A stretch of 64,000 nt of DNA from Candidatus Hydrothermarchaeum profundi (lineage in GTDB: Archaea; Hydrothermarchaeota; Hydrothermarchaeia; Hydrothermarchaeales; Hydrothermarchaeaceae). Position 1 is the first letter of the stretch. Each line of letters begins with the position of its first letter. The stretch is taken from positions 1,704,989-1,768,988 of the forward strand of contig MTMF02000009.1 of the NCBI GenBank assembly GCA_002011125.2. The letters run 5' to 3'. The position numbers and the translations under genes are program-made. This document shows positions 39,327 through 47,078 of the stretch, piece after piece. The notes beneath the pieces are model-generated. The model was given only the letters and a program-made list of their open reading frames with translations. It ran no database searches and was not told the DNA's origin.

Positions 39327-39400
39327 AGCCCCGGGCGGGATTCGAACCCGCGACCTCTTCCTTACCAAGGAAGCGCTCCACCATGCTGAGCTACCGGGGC
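39327..39400 (-). tRNA. tRNA-Thr(GGT)
   Basis: GCCCCGGTAGCTCAG...CTTCC-TTGGTAA-GGAAG...GGTTCGAATCCCGCCCGGGGCT; TATA-like TTTAATA about 26 nt upstream. Confidence 0.97.
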
Positions 39401-39525
39401 GTGAATAAAGGATTAGAAAACTCTCTATTAAAACTTTTCTTGAAAATATTTTTCTAAAGTTTAAAAAACTTCATTCTCTATCATAGTGGGCAGAATACCT
39501 ATTAACTTAAAAAATAGTAAGGTGT

Positions 39526-39563
39526 GAGTTCCAGGTAACCCTGGGGGTTACCTCAAAGAACTC
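39526..39563 (-). other. stable hairpin between slyD and tRNA-Thr
   Basis: GAGTTC-TTTG-AGGTAACCC-CCA-GGGTTACCT-G-GAACTC followed by ACA. Confidence 0.5.
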
Positions 39564-39572
39564 CCGTATCCT

Positions 39573-40031
39573 TCACTTCTGCACGTCAGCAACTTTTATT
39601 TCGAAGATCAGCGTCTTCCCGGCTAAGGGATGATTAAAATCTAATACAACTTCATCCGCAGATACTTTAGTTATAACCGCTTGACCCTGTGGGGTTCTCA
39701 CGATCATACCTACTTCTGGCTGAATTTCGCTCTGCTCGAAGACCTGTATTGGAAAGTTCTGAACAAGATCTGGATAAACTTCACCATAGGCCTTTTCTGG
39801 GGGAAGGGTGACTTTCTTTTCTTCACCTACTTCCATGCCCTTTAAAGACTCTTCAATCCCAGGTATTATCTCGCCTGCTCCGACTCTCACTGTGATGGGC
39901 TCATAAACCCTCTCTTCGTTATAGATTCCTGCCTTCTTTGCAACCTCTTCATCTGAAGTATCGAAAACTTCTCCATTCTCGTATTTCCCTGTGTACTCTA
40001 ATTTCACTATACTTCCCTCTTCAACTTTCAT
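39573..40031 (-). CDS. slyD: FKBP-type peptidyl-prolyl isomerase (SlyD-like, no His tail)
   Basis: GEVFDTS, PPEKAYG, DFNHPLAGKTL. Confidence 0.92.
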   Translation of the reverse strand: MKVEEGSIVKLEYTGKYENGEVFDTSDEEVAKKAGIYNEERVYEPITVRVGAGEIIPGIEESLKGMEVGEEKKVTLPPEKAYGEVYPDLVQNFPIQVFEQSEIQPEVGMIVRTPQGQAVITKVSADEVVLDFNHPLAGKTLIFEIKVADVQK

Positions 40032-40360
40032 ATTTTATTCACCTCATTTTTATATAAGATTCTTGAAAGAATCCGCATTAGAAAAGAAGACCCACTGAAT
40101 GGATATTCAAAAACTTTTTTACTTAAATAATTGATAATTTGATCCTGATTCTCCACATTAACTGGGAGGGGCCCATCATAAACATCTTCTTCAAAAGCAG
40201 TTAAATGAGTAACTTTCATTGGCTATTGCTTCCTCTCCCGATTATTTCTAAATGAAGACAGAACTTCCCTGAAGCATCTAGAAACTTCTTCTAGGAAATC
40301 AAGCTGCCCCAGTTTTCCCTCCCGGTAAAATAAGGGAAAAATTTCTTGAAGTTCTTTCAT
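40028..40360 (-). pseudogene. two in-frame small ORFs (45 aa, 63 aa) separated by TAG-CCA-ATG; split or decayed hypothetical gene
   Basis: ATG 40360 to TAG 40223, then same frame ATG 40219 to a stop overlapping the slyD start. Confidence 0.35.
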
Positions 40361-40462
40361 ATTAGGAAGCGGCAAAATAATACTATATAAGCGTTACGGT
40401 GAGATATGAGATTTTCTTTAGGGAAATCCAAATAATGCTGAGCTTTTTTTCTTTTACAAAAT

Positions 40463-41491
40463 TTAGTGTGTGAAGAGATGAGCTTTAGGTATTAGTTGCG
40501 AGTACTCATAATAGCTTACTTCAGAATACCAATGTCCAGAGATTTTTGCGATAGCTAGAACTGAGAAGAACAGTACAGTAAGAAAGATACCAAACAAAAT
40601 AGGCGAAAGCTTTTCCTGAGAAGGCCATATATGGAGTGCATTGGAAGGGCAATTTTCTATACACTTAAAGCATTTAATACATTCTTGCGAGCTTACTTTA
40701 CTCTGTGACTCTACCTTGATGTAGCTTGGGCAGACCTTTGAGCACTTTGAACAGGAAGTACATTTCTCGCTCTCTCTCACTATCTTAAGAGGACTAAATA
40801 TCCCTACTACCCCTAGAAGAGCTCCATAAGGGCAGAGATACCTGCACCAAAAATTATGGATGAAGAGAGATGCTATAACTAATAGGCATGTAACTAATAT
40901 TGTGAGAGTGCCAGGCTGAATCCAGAAATCCAGCATTTTAACATCTACCACCTTGTTATAAGGAGAGTTAATAAAGGCGTAGGCTGTGGTACCAGACATA
41001 TCAATTAAGACAGCTTTTATAAAAAAAGCCAAAATTAAATATTTTATTGACCTTAAAGGATAGTCCAGAAGCTGGGGAACCAAGAGCTTCTTACCGCTTA
41101 TTTTTTTCCCTATGCCTCCTAAAAACTCTGAGAGGGCTCCTATAGGACATAGCCAAGAACAGAAGCCTCTTGCAAAGAATGATGCAGATAGAAGAGCGGC
41201 AAGGAAAATAGCGAGTCCAGCAGGATGCACTGTATCATATAGCCCTGTAGATATCCAGCTTTTAAGACCTACAAGAGCGCTGATAGGGAGAAACGCCTCT
41301 ATAGCTGGGGGTCTTGATACATAGGCGGTTCCATCTCTGAAATGTGAAACGAAAAGATAGAATTGCCAGCCCTCGTAAACGAGGATCGTTACAATAGTCA
41401 GTTGTATCGTATTACGTAGCTTTTGAGAATTTTTTGAGCCATAAAGATATTTATTTATATGCTTATACACCAAATCATACACTATACCCAC
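40463..41491 (-). CDS. membrane-bound 4Fe-4S protein (NapH/MauN/YccM-like)
   Basis: FCSWLCP, WCRYLCP, CTSCSKC..CP, CIKCFKC..CP. Confidence 0.88.
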   Translation of the reverse strand: MGIVYDLVYKHINKYLYGSKNSQKLRNTIQLTIVTILVYEGWQFYLFVSHFRDGTAYVSRPPAIEAFLPISALVGLKSWISTGLYDTVHPAGLAIFLAALLSASFFARGFCSWLCPIGALSEFLGGIGKKISGKKLLVPQLLDYPLRSIKYLILAFFIKAVLIDMSGTTAYAFINSPYNKVVDVKMLDFWIQPGTLTILVTCLLVIASLFIHNFWCRYLCPYGALLGVVGIFSPLKIVRESEKCTSCSKCSKVCPSYIKVESQSKVSSQECIKCFKCIENCPSNALHIWPSQEKLSPILFGIFLTVLFFSVLAIAKISGHWYSEVSYYEYSQLIPKAHLFTH

Positions 41492-41712
41492 GTCCTATAT
41501 GACGCTTTAAATTATTTGAAAATTAATTATAAAAAATTTATTATTATAAAATATAACTTTTAATGGAATTTTACTTTAATTATAAAGGTATAATACCTAT
41601 ATTAAATTGGACAATATAATCAAGAAAAAATGACAATTATTAAAAGCACTCTACCCAAAAAATAGCAAAACTGGAAAAATGTTTCAAACGCCAAATAAAA
41701 TTGCAGTATTGA

Positions 41713-41749
41713 TGCAGGGAAGGGATATCAGCATGAATTTACCAGTAAA
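41713..41749. repeat. degenerate copy of tRNA-Leu 3' end plus TTTAC-CA-GTAAA palindrome (cassette boundary)
   Basis: tgcagggaagggatatcagcatgaatttaccagtaaa aligns with 42528-42565 and with 44748-44761. Confidence 0.75.
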
Positions 41750-41752
41750 GTC

Positions 41753-42142
41753 CTACCATGTCGTCTTAACGTATCCGCTCTTTATTATCTCCTCATCTTT
41801 GGTGATCAGAGATGCGTTGATCCTCTGGGCTGTGGCAACTATTATCTTATCATGAATTTCACTTAATTTGTCGAGTTTTAATGTCATTCTGACGGTTTCG
41901 ATATCAAGGGGATAGGGCGGGAAGTTTATCGAGTTCTCTACCATATCCAGGAGTTCGTCAAACTTCAATTTGAAGTTCTTCTTCACAGATATGTAGCTTG
42001 ACTCTGCCAGAACAATCGTCGGGACGACTATTACAGCATCTCCTTTCTCTGCCCTCTCATAAACCTTCTTCGCCTCTTCGCCAAGTTGCTTGTCGTCGGT
42101 TAAAAACCAGAGAAAAGGATGGGTATCTGTTACAAAGACCAT
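41753..42142 (-). CDS. vapC: PIN-domain toxin VapC
   Basis: DTHPFLW, LAE, HDKIIVATA, LITKD. Confidence 0.92.
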   Translation of the reverse strand: MVFVTDTHPFLWFLTDDKQLGEEAKKVYERAEKGDAVIVVPTIVLAESSYISVKKNFKLKFDELLDMVENSINFPPYPLDIETVRMTLKLDKLSEIHDKIIVATAQRINASLITKDEEIIKSGYVKTTW

Positions 42143-42364
42143 TTAAGCACCTGATTTAAAAAGGGATTTTTTGGCCTCTTCTACGTCCTCATCCCCGATT
42201 TCAATTCCCTTCAAGGCACCCTTCAGAGAAACCACTTTTTTTGTTTGGAATCCCTTGCTTAAGCTGAGCTTCAGAAAGTCTAAATCCCTTTGAATCATGT
42301 CTACCTTCTTAGCCAGCTTTTTTATTTCATCCATAACAGACACCCTATACACAAATTCTTCCAT
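42143..42364 (-). CDS. cognate antitoxin of the VapC toxin
   Basis: small ORF immediately upstream of vapC; SLKG.LKG.EI..EDVEEAKKSLF. Confidence 0.75.
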   Translation of the reverse strand: MEEFVYRVSVMDEIKKLAKKVDMIQRDLDFLKLSLSKGFQTKKVVSLKGALKGIEIGDEDVEEAKKSLFKSGA

Positions 42365-42452
42365 ATTTCACGATAAAAAAGTTTCCTCTTCTGGATTTAA
42401 GTAGATCACTATTCGTAGAGTTTAAATCACCACCTAAAATTCTTATTTATTT

Positions 42453-42464
42453 TTTACCAGCAAA
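42453..42464. repeat. palindromic arm-like site TTTACCAGCAAA
   Basis: about 63 bp from the att copy; downstream context resembles that of 44676. Confidence 0.6.
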
Positions 42465-42527
42465 CATGGGCTTCGAATTTCAAAAATCTTGAAAAAGATG
42501 AGAAAACCGTCTCTGTAAATTAGTAAA

Positions 42528-42565
42528 TGCGGGGGAAGGAATATCAATGCAGATCTACTGGTAAA
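42528..42565. repeat. copy of tRNA-Leu 3' end plus TCTACTGGTAAA palindrome
   Basis: tgcgggggaagg is identical to 44748-44759. Confidence 0.85.
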
Positions 42566-42733
42566 TCCTCTAACCTTTATCTACCGTTTTAGTCCCTATT
42601 TTTCCATTTCAACTTAAATAGTTTTCCAAAACATGGCCGTGGTTAACATGCAGTTGATCAAACTTAATGCCGGGTCCCAGAGAATCTGCTAACCAAAAGC
42701 ATTTTCAGATGGAACCGCGCTTATAGGGAATCG

Positions 42734-43663
42734 CTATTTTGATCTAAATAATGCATGGTACAGCGAGGGATGTTTCTGGGCTTTTTTGTTGTATTTTATA
42801 CCTCCGAACAGAACATCTAGGTCAATAACACCTCTACCTATCAATTCTAAAAATTTCTGATCACTATCATCAAGCTTAAAAACGTCTTCATAAAACTCTA
42901 CAACACCTCTCTTTATTAACGCAGCATCCAATACTTGACTCTGGGTTGTAAATTGACCTATCTTCCGGACAACCTCTCCATCGTCGTATCTCTTGATCTT
43001 AGATACTAAACCTTCAATCTCTGGCTTCTTCCCAGCTATCAGCATATACAGGATCATCAGCTTTCTAAGTATCTCCTTCTGTAGCTTCAATTTTGATAGG
43101 TTGTACATGTCGAAGAGGTCTCTGGCGTAAAGCCTTTCTGCCATTGCCTTGCTCTTCATTGCACATATCTCCTCGACGATATAGGTGTTCACTTCAAATT
43201 CCGGGACATCCTCAAAGAAATGCCTAAAACCTCGTTTAGCCCTCCCCATAAAGGGCACCCTTTCAAGGTAGTTTATCTCCACCTTAATGCTGTCTTGAAC
43301 GCCTTTCAGGGTCTTATATCTTATCAAAAACCTTTCCATGATGTACGAAGGAGGTTTTTTAGTCACTCTGTATCCTAACCTATCAGCAACTCCTACAATA
43401 CCTTCAGCAATTCGGGGTCTTGCTTTCAGCATTTTCTCCTTTTCCAAAGCGCCAATGAAATTGAGATCCAAGTCTATGGACAGCCTCGGTATATCTAGAT
43501 AGATAAAATTCAGCGCAGTTCCGCCCTTTAGGGCGAGGTTTCTACCAAGTTTCTCATCTTCATAGATCTCAAAAAGCATATTGGTGATGTGATAGGCCTT
43601 CTCTATAAAATCAACGTTAAAGCCAGTGCCCCTTTGTAACCTTTGAAGCGCCCTTAGATCCAT
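42734..43663 (-). CDS. abiEii: AbiEii-family nucleotidyltransferase toxin (type IV TA)
   Basis: LKGGTAL, RLSIDLD, IKVEIN, R..ARDLFD. Confidence 0.9.
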   Translation of the reverse strand: MDLRALQRLQRGTGFNVDFIEKAYHITNMLFEIYEDEKLGRNLALKGGTALNFIYLDIPRLSIDLDLNFIGALEKEKMLKARPRIAEGIVGVADRLGYRVTKKPPSYIMERFLIRYKTLKGVQDSIKVEINYLERVPFMGRAKRGFRHFFEDVPEFEVNTYIVEEICAMKSKAMAERLYARDLFDMYNLSKLKLQKEILRKLMILYMLIAGKKPEIEGLVSKIKRYDDGEVVRKIGQFTTQSQVLDAALIKRGVVEFYEDVFKLDDSDQKFLELIGRGVIDLDVLFGGIKYNKKAQKHPSLYHALFRSK

Positions 43664-44473
43664 TTAAACGCCTTCCACTACCTTTTCCAGCCCTGGATCT
43701 ACGATGATCTTCCACCGCTTATTAAACTTCCCCTTCTTATTTACCTCAAAATAGTATACATTTCCAGAAAGCATGCCTTCGAGTTTTTCAAGAAACGAGC
43801 TGGGGGGATTTGCCTGTTCTTTTAACAGTTCAAAAATATAGCCAAGACGGTTTATGAGGATCTTCTCCCCCATCCTTTTTGCATACCCTATCAACTTATT
43901 CCAATCCACATCTTCAACATCCATGAGGCATCGCAGCACCTCTTCGTAGCCTCCAGCGTACTCCGCCCTATCTATCACATCTACTATGGTCCGCTCTAGA
44001 TCGGAGACCACTACTTCTCCCTTTTCATACCCCTTCCTCTCAAATCCAAAAAAACGTTGTTGGGTTAAGATGATTGGCCGGATTACATTTCCATGATACT
44101 CTATCTTAGATACGTGCTTTGTCGTAGATAAATAATAATTCCGAGTAACCTGCTGTGCAAGGCCGTGTAAAGCCAAAGCGGTGTAATAGGAAAAGAAATA
44201 GGGCTTAACGATGTGCTCTGCCACCAGGATGGGATCTTCCACATATTCCCCTTTATCATGAACTATATGTGCCGGTATGCGGACATAGAGGTTGGACTTG
44301 ACCTTGTCTAGTGCACCTTTCTTGTGCATGCTCTTTAGGAGGTTATATGCGTGCATCTTCGAGATATCAAGCAGGTCCATAGCGAGCTCCGCATTAACGA
44401 TGCGCTTATCCTCGGCCTCAAGCATGAAATACAATTTTTGCTCCAGTCCGGAGAGTTTTCTTAATTTGTACAT
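43664..44473 (-). CDS. abiEi: AbiEi-family antitoxin/transcription regulator
   Basis: wHTH, YFFSYYTAL..HGL..Q, SDLERTIVD, RLGY. Confidence 0.88.
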   Translation of the reverse strand: MYKLRKLSGLEQKLYFMLEAEDKRIVNAELAMDLLDISKMHAYNLLKSMHKKGALDKVKSNLYVRIPAHIVHDKGEYVEDPILVAEHIVKPYFFSYYTALALHGLAQQVTRNYYLSTTKHVSKIEYHGNVIRPIILTQQRFFGFERKGYEKGEVVVSDLERTIVDVIDRAEYAGGYEEVLRCLMDVEDVDWNKLIGYAKRMGEKILINRLGYIFELLKEQANPPSSFLEKLEGMLSGNVYYFEVNKKGKFNKRWKIIVDPGLEKVVEGV

Positions 44474-44675
44474 GCTATTTAATTTGTTTTCAAATATTTA
44501 AATATTTTGATTAAAAATATGAAAATAGATTAAATAACTTAATGGAAAACACGTCTATTTATTCTATCTTCTTACTGGTTTCAATCAATAAAATAGACCA
44601 AAAACTGATATAAAGTCATCCCAAAAAATGGGACAATCGTCCTTTAATATGAGATATGAAGATTCAATGCTAATT

Positions 44676-44687
44676 TTTACCAGTAAA
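44676..44687. repeat. palindromic arm-like site TTTACCAGTAAA
   Basis: identical to 41738-41749; about 60 bp from the tRNA 3' end. Confidence 0.65.
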
Positions 44688-44747
44688 TTGGTGTTTCAAA
44701 TTATAGAAATGATAGAATTCTGGTATATTGGTCCCGGAATTTTAGTA

Positions 44748-44833
44748 TGCGGGGGAAGGGATTCGAACCCTTGAACCGACTAACGGACAGGACCCTGAAT
44801 CCTGCGCCTTTGACCAGACTTGGCTACCCCCGC
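44748..44833 (-). tRNA. tRNA-Leu(CAG)
   Basis: GCGGGGGTAGCCAAG...CAGGA-TTCAGGG-TCCTG, long variable arm, GGTTCGAATCCCTTCCCCCGCA. Confidence 0.97.
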
Positions 44834-44974
44834 ATAGAATCTATATTTTCAATTTCTTATGATAAAAAAGTACCTATTTATCTAAATTTATAGAGGAGAA
44901 AAGGGAGAGAATTGTTGCATACTGAATAAGGAGGCATAAAGTAGATTATTCCCTATACACCGATATTTCGTAGC

Positions 44975-45829
44975 TTAAAGTTCTTTCATAATCTTATAAA
45001 TAACAGAGAAATCGAGGTCCTCCAAATTCCTGGATAGTGTTATGCCATATAGCTCTTTAGCAGTACTCCCTGTGAATAGGGGTTTTTTAAGAAACCTCGC
45101 TAGGTCCTGCAGATAATGAAGATCCTTATAAATTAAGGCAACTTTAAAATGCGTAGAAAAGTCTTCTTTGAGCAGTTTTTCTTTTTTCACATTCAAAACC
45201 AGAGAGTCACCAGCGCCTTTAGACAGTATATCTAACACTTTCTCCTTTGGCAAGCCTATCTCTTCCCCAAGCACTACTGCCTCGGCAATAGATGCCATAA
45301 AGGAGCCTAAAAGCATGTTATTAATTAGCTTCATTTTTGTCGCCATACCACGTTCTTCAAGATAGAAGATATTGCTCCCAATTTTTTCTAGCAGGGGAAG
45401 ACATTTTTCGTATGCCTCTCTTCTACCACTAACCAGCACTGTAAGTAGGCCCTTTGAAGCAGGGATAACACTTCCCAATACTGGTGCCTCAATATACGCC
45501 GCATTCACTTTTTCAAAGGTCTCATGGAAATCCAATACATCCTGAAAATGGTTAGTCGTAGTGTCAATGATTATCTTACCATCACAGTCCCCCTGGAGAA
45601 TCCCTCTTTCTCCTCCTATCACGTCCCTTACTGCATTACTGTCAAAGAGGTTCATGAATAAAACATCCACCTTGGATATTAGAGCAGCAGGCGAATCCAT
45701 CATCTCTACCTTTAAGTCCGCCGCCTTTTCTTTAGTCCTATTCCACACAGATAGCTCTACTCCTTCGGAGATCAATCTCCTAGCCATCGCCTTTCCGAGA
45801 TAGCCTAACCCAATAAATCCTACCTTCAT
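44975..45829 (-). CDS. NAD(P)-dependent beta-hydroxyacid dehydrogenase family
   Basis: GFIGLGYLG, WNRT, APVLGS, MKLINN, KDL. Confidence 0.9.
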   Translation of the reverse strand: MKVGFIGLGYLGKAMARRLISEGVELSVWNRTKEKAADLKVEMMDSPAALISKVDVLFMNLFDSNAVRDVIGGERGILQGDCDGKIIIDTTTNHFQDVLDFHETFEKVNAAYIEAPVLGSVIPASKGLLTVLVSGRREAYEKCLPLLEKIGSNIFYLEERGMATKMKLINNMLLGSFMASIAEAVVLGEEIGLPKEKVLDILSKGAGDSLVLNVKKEKLLKEDFSTHFKVALIYKDLHYLQDLARFLKKPLFTGSTAKELYGITLSRNLEDLDFSVIYKIMKEL

Positions 45830-45954
45830 ATGACTCCCCTAATCTTATTAGCCTCTAGTAAACTTAAAGCTTGATAACTCAGAGCCTACGATTATCACTA
45901 CTTCTTCCAAAAATTCACCACTATACATAAGATTTTATTTACTTTTAGGTGGAT

Positions 45955-46119
45955 TTATTCCATTCCAACTGGCCCGCCTTCCAAGTATTTCTCTGGGTCT
46001 TCTTCGAACTTCGCCTTACAACTTGGAGCACAGAAGTAGTACATCTTACCTTTATAATATTTGGATATTTTAGCGGTCTTTGGATCAACTTCCATACCGC
46101 ATACAGGATCTATTGCCAA
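45955..46119 (-). CDS. 54-aa YHS/TRASH metal-binding protein; not in ORF track
   Basis: TTG start after GGAGGTGA; MAIDPVCGMEVDPKTAKISKYYKGKMYYFCAPSCKAKFEEDPEKYLEGGPVGME. Confidence 0.9.
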   Translation of the reverse strand: MAIDPVCGMEVDPKTAKISKYYKGKMYYFCAPSCKAKFEEDPEKYLEGGPVGME

Positions 46120-46125
46120 AGCTTT

Positions 46126-46446
46126 TCACCTCCTTATTTCTTCAATTACTTTGATTATTTCTTCTTTGCTGGGAAACGCATCCTGCCTCTCTACTTCTTC
46201 TCCAGCTTTAAAATAAATAAGGGTAGGAGTGCTTGTAACTCTATATCTCTGGGCAACCTCTGCGTATTTCGAGATATCAAGCTTGTAGAACAACACATCC
46301 CCAGAATATTCTTCGTATACCTCCATAACTCTAGGAGTAATAGCCCTACATGGAGCACACCCGGGCACCGTGAACCAAACCACCACAGGCTTATCTGCCT
46401 TCAATACTTTCTCATCAAACTCTTGTCCTGTAATAAACTCCGTTAT
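46126..46446 (-). CDS. thioredoxin (CAPC); probable ATA start at 46446
   Basis: ITEFITGQEFDEKVLKADKPVVVWF..PGCAPC, STPT. Confidence 0.85.
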   Translation of the reverse strand: MTEFITGQEFDEKVLKADKPVVVWFTVPGCAPCRAITPRVMEVYEEYSGDVLFYKLDISKYAEVAQRYRVTSTPTLIYFKAGEEVERQDAFPSKEEIIKVIEEIRR

Positions 46447-47066
46447 ATCATCCTCCCATGAAAAAGCTCTTTGGCTACAAAAAGGGCCTCATCTAATGTC
46501 AGGTAAAGTCCTTCGCTGAAATGCTGCTTATCAGAGAACACATTCTTAGAGCACCTTTCCCTCCCAATACAGTCATCATATATTATTTCAATTAGGACCC
46601 AGAGTTCTTCGGGGGAGGAGCTACCTATTTTCCCCTCCTTGACTTCTATTTCTACCTTCTCTTTGCAATAATCGCAACATGACTTAATACCCGCATCTCT
46701 CTCTACCAAAAGAGGCACAGTTAATGAATCCAAGGCAGAGGTGGCAAAAACTCCTCTACCATCATAAAATACCTCGTACTGCGTAGACATAGCTGAAAAG
46801 GGAGAAGCAGCAGTTATTTCCGCCCCCATAAGCGAGATGAACTCAAATTCATTCAACTTACTAAAGCTTTGTATAACATCGAAAAGTCCTATGCTTAAAG
46901 AATCCATTATTTCTTCTTTTTTGGGCGGTTTACCCTCATCTGAAAACTTTTTAAGTATAAAATTAAGTACCTCTAGGTCGACCTTGTTTAGCTCTCGCAT
47001 TTTTTTGTCTAATTCAGTTACTTCCCTGAGTTTTTTAAGAGCTAATTCAGCCTTCTCGGTAGTCAC
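46443..47066 (-). CDS. MerB (organomercurial lyase)-like protein with catalytic Cys replaced by Ser
   Basis: wHTH N-terminus, A.PFS...T...V..DG, TSALD in place of xCALD, SCCDYC, LTLDEA. Confidence 0.75.
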   Translation of the reverse strand: MTTEKAELALKKLREVTELDKKMRELNKVDLEVLNFILKKFSDEGKPPKKEEIMDSLSIGLFDVIQSFSKLNEFEFISLMGAEITAASPFSAMSTQYEVFYDGRGVFATSALDSLTVPLLVERDAGIKSCCDYCKEKVEIEVKEGKIGSSSPEELWVLIEIIYDDCIGRERCSKNVFSDKQHFSEGLYLTLDEALFVAKELFHGRMI

Positions 47067-47078
47067 CTTAGTCTGCCC

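Larger units (their letters stand above)
41713..44759. mobile_element. two tandem integrase-less cassettes (815 bp and 2220 bp) at tRNA-Leu
   Basis: att-like repeats at 41713, 42528, 44748; palindromic sites at 41738, 42453, 42554, 44676; cargo is only TA pairs. Confidence 0.7.

Noticed and set aside
41492-44970. Integrase or transposase for the tRNA-Leu island
   Set aside because: No ORF or fragment with tyrosine-recombinase or DDE motifs could be recognised.
45949-46461. 170-aa plus-strand ORF
   Set aside because: Antisense shadow of the YHS and thioredoxin genes.
46443-47066. Mercury resistance operon
   Set aside because: The catalytic Cys is absent, there is no merA, and the ATPase has Cu(I)-type motifs.
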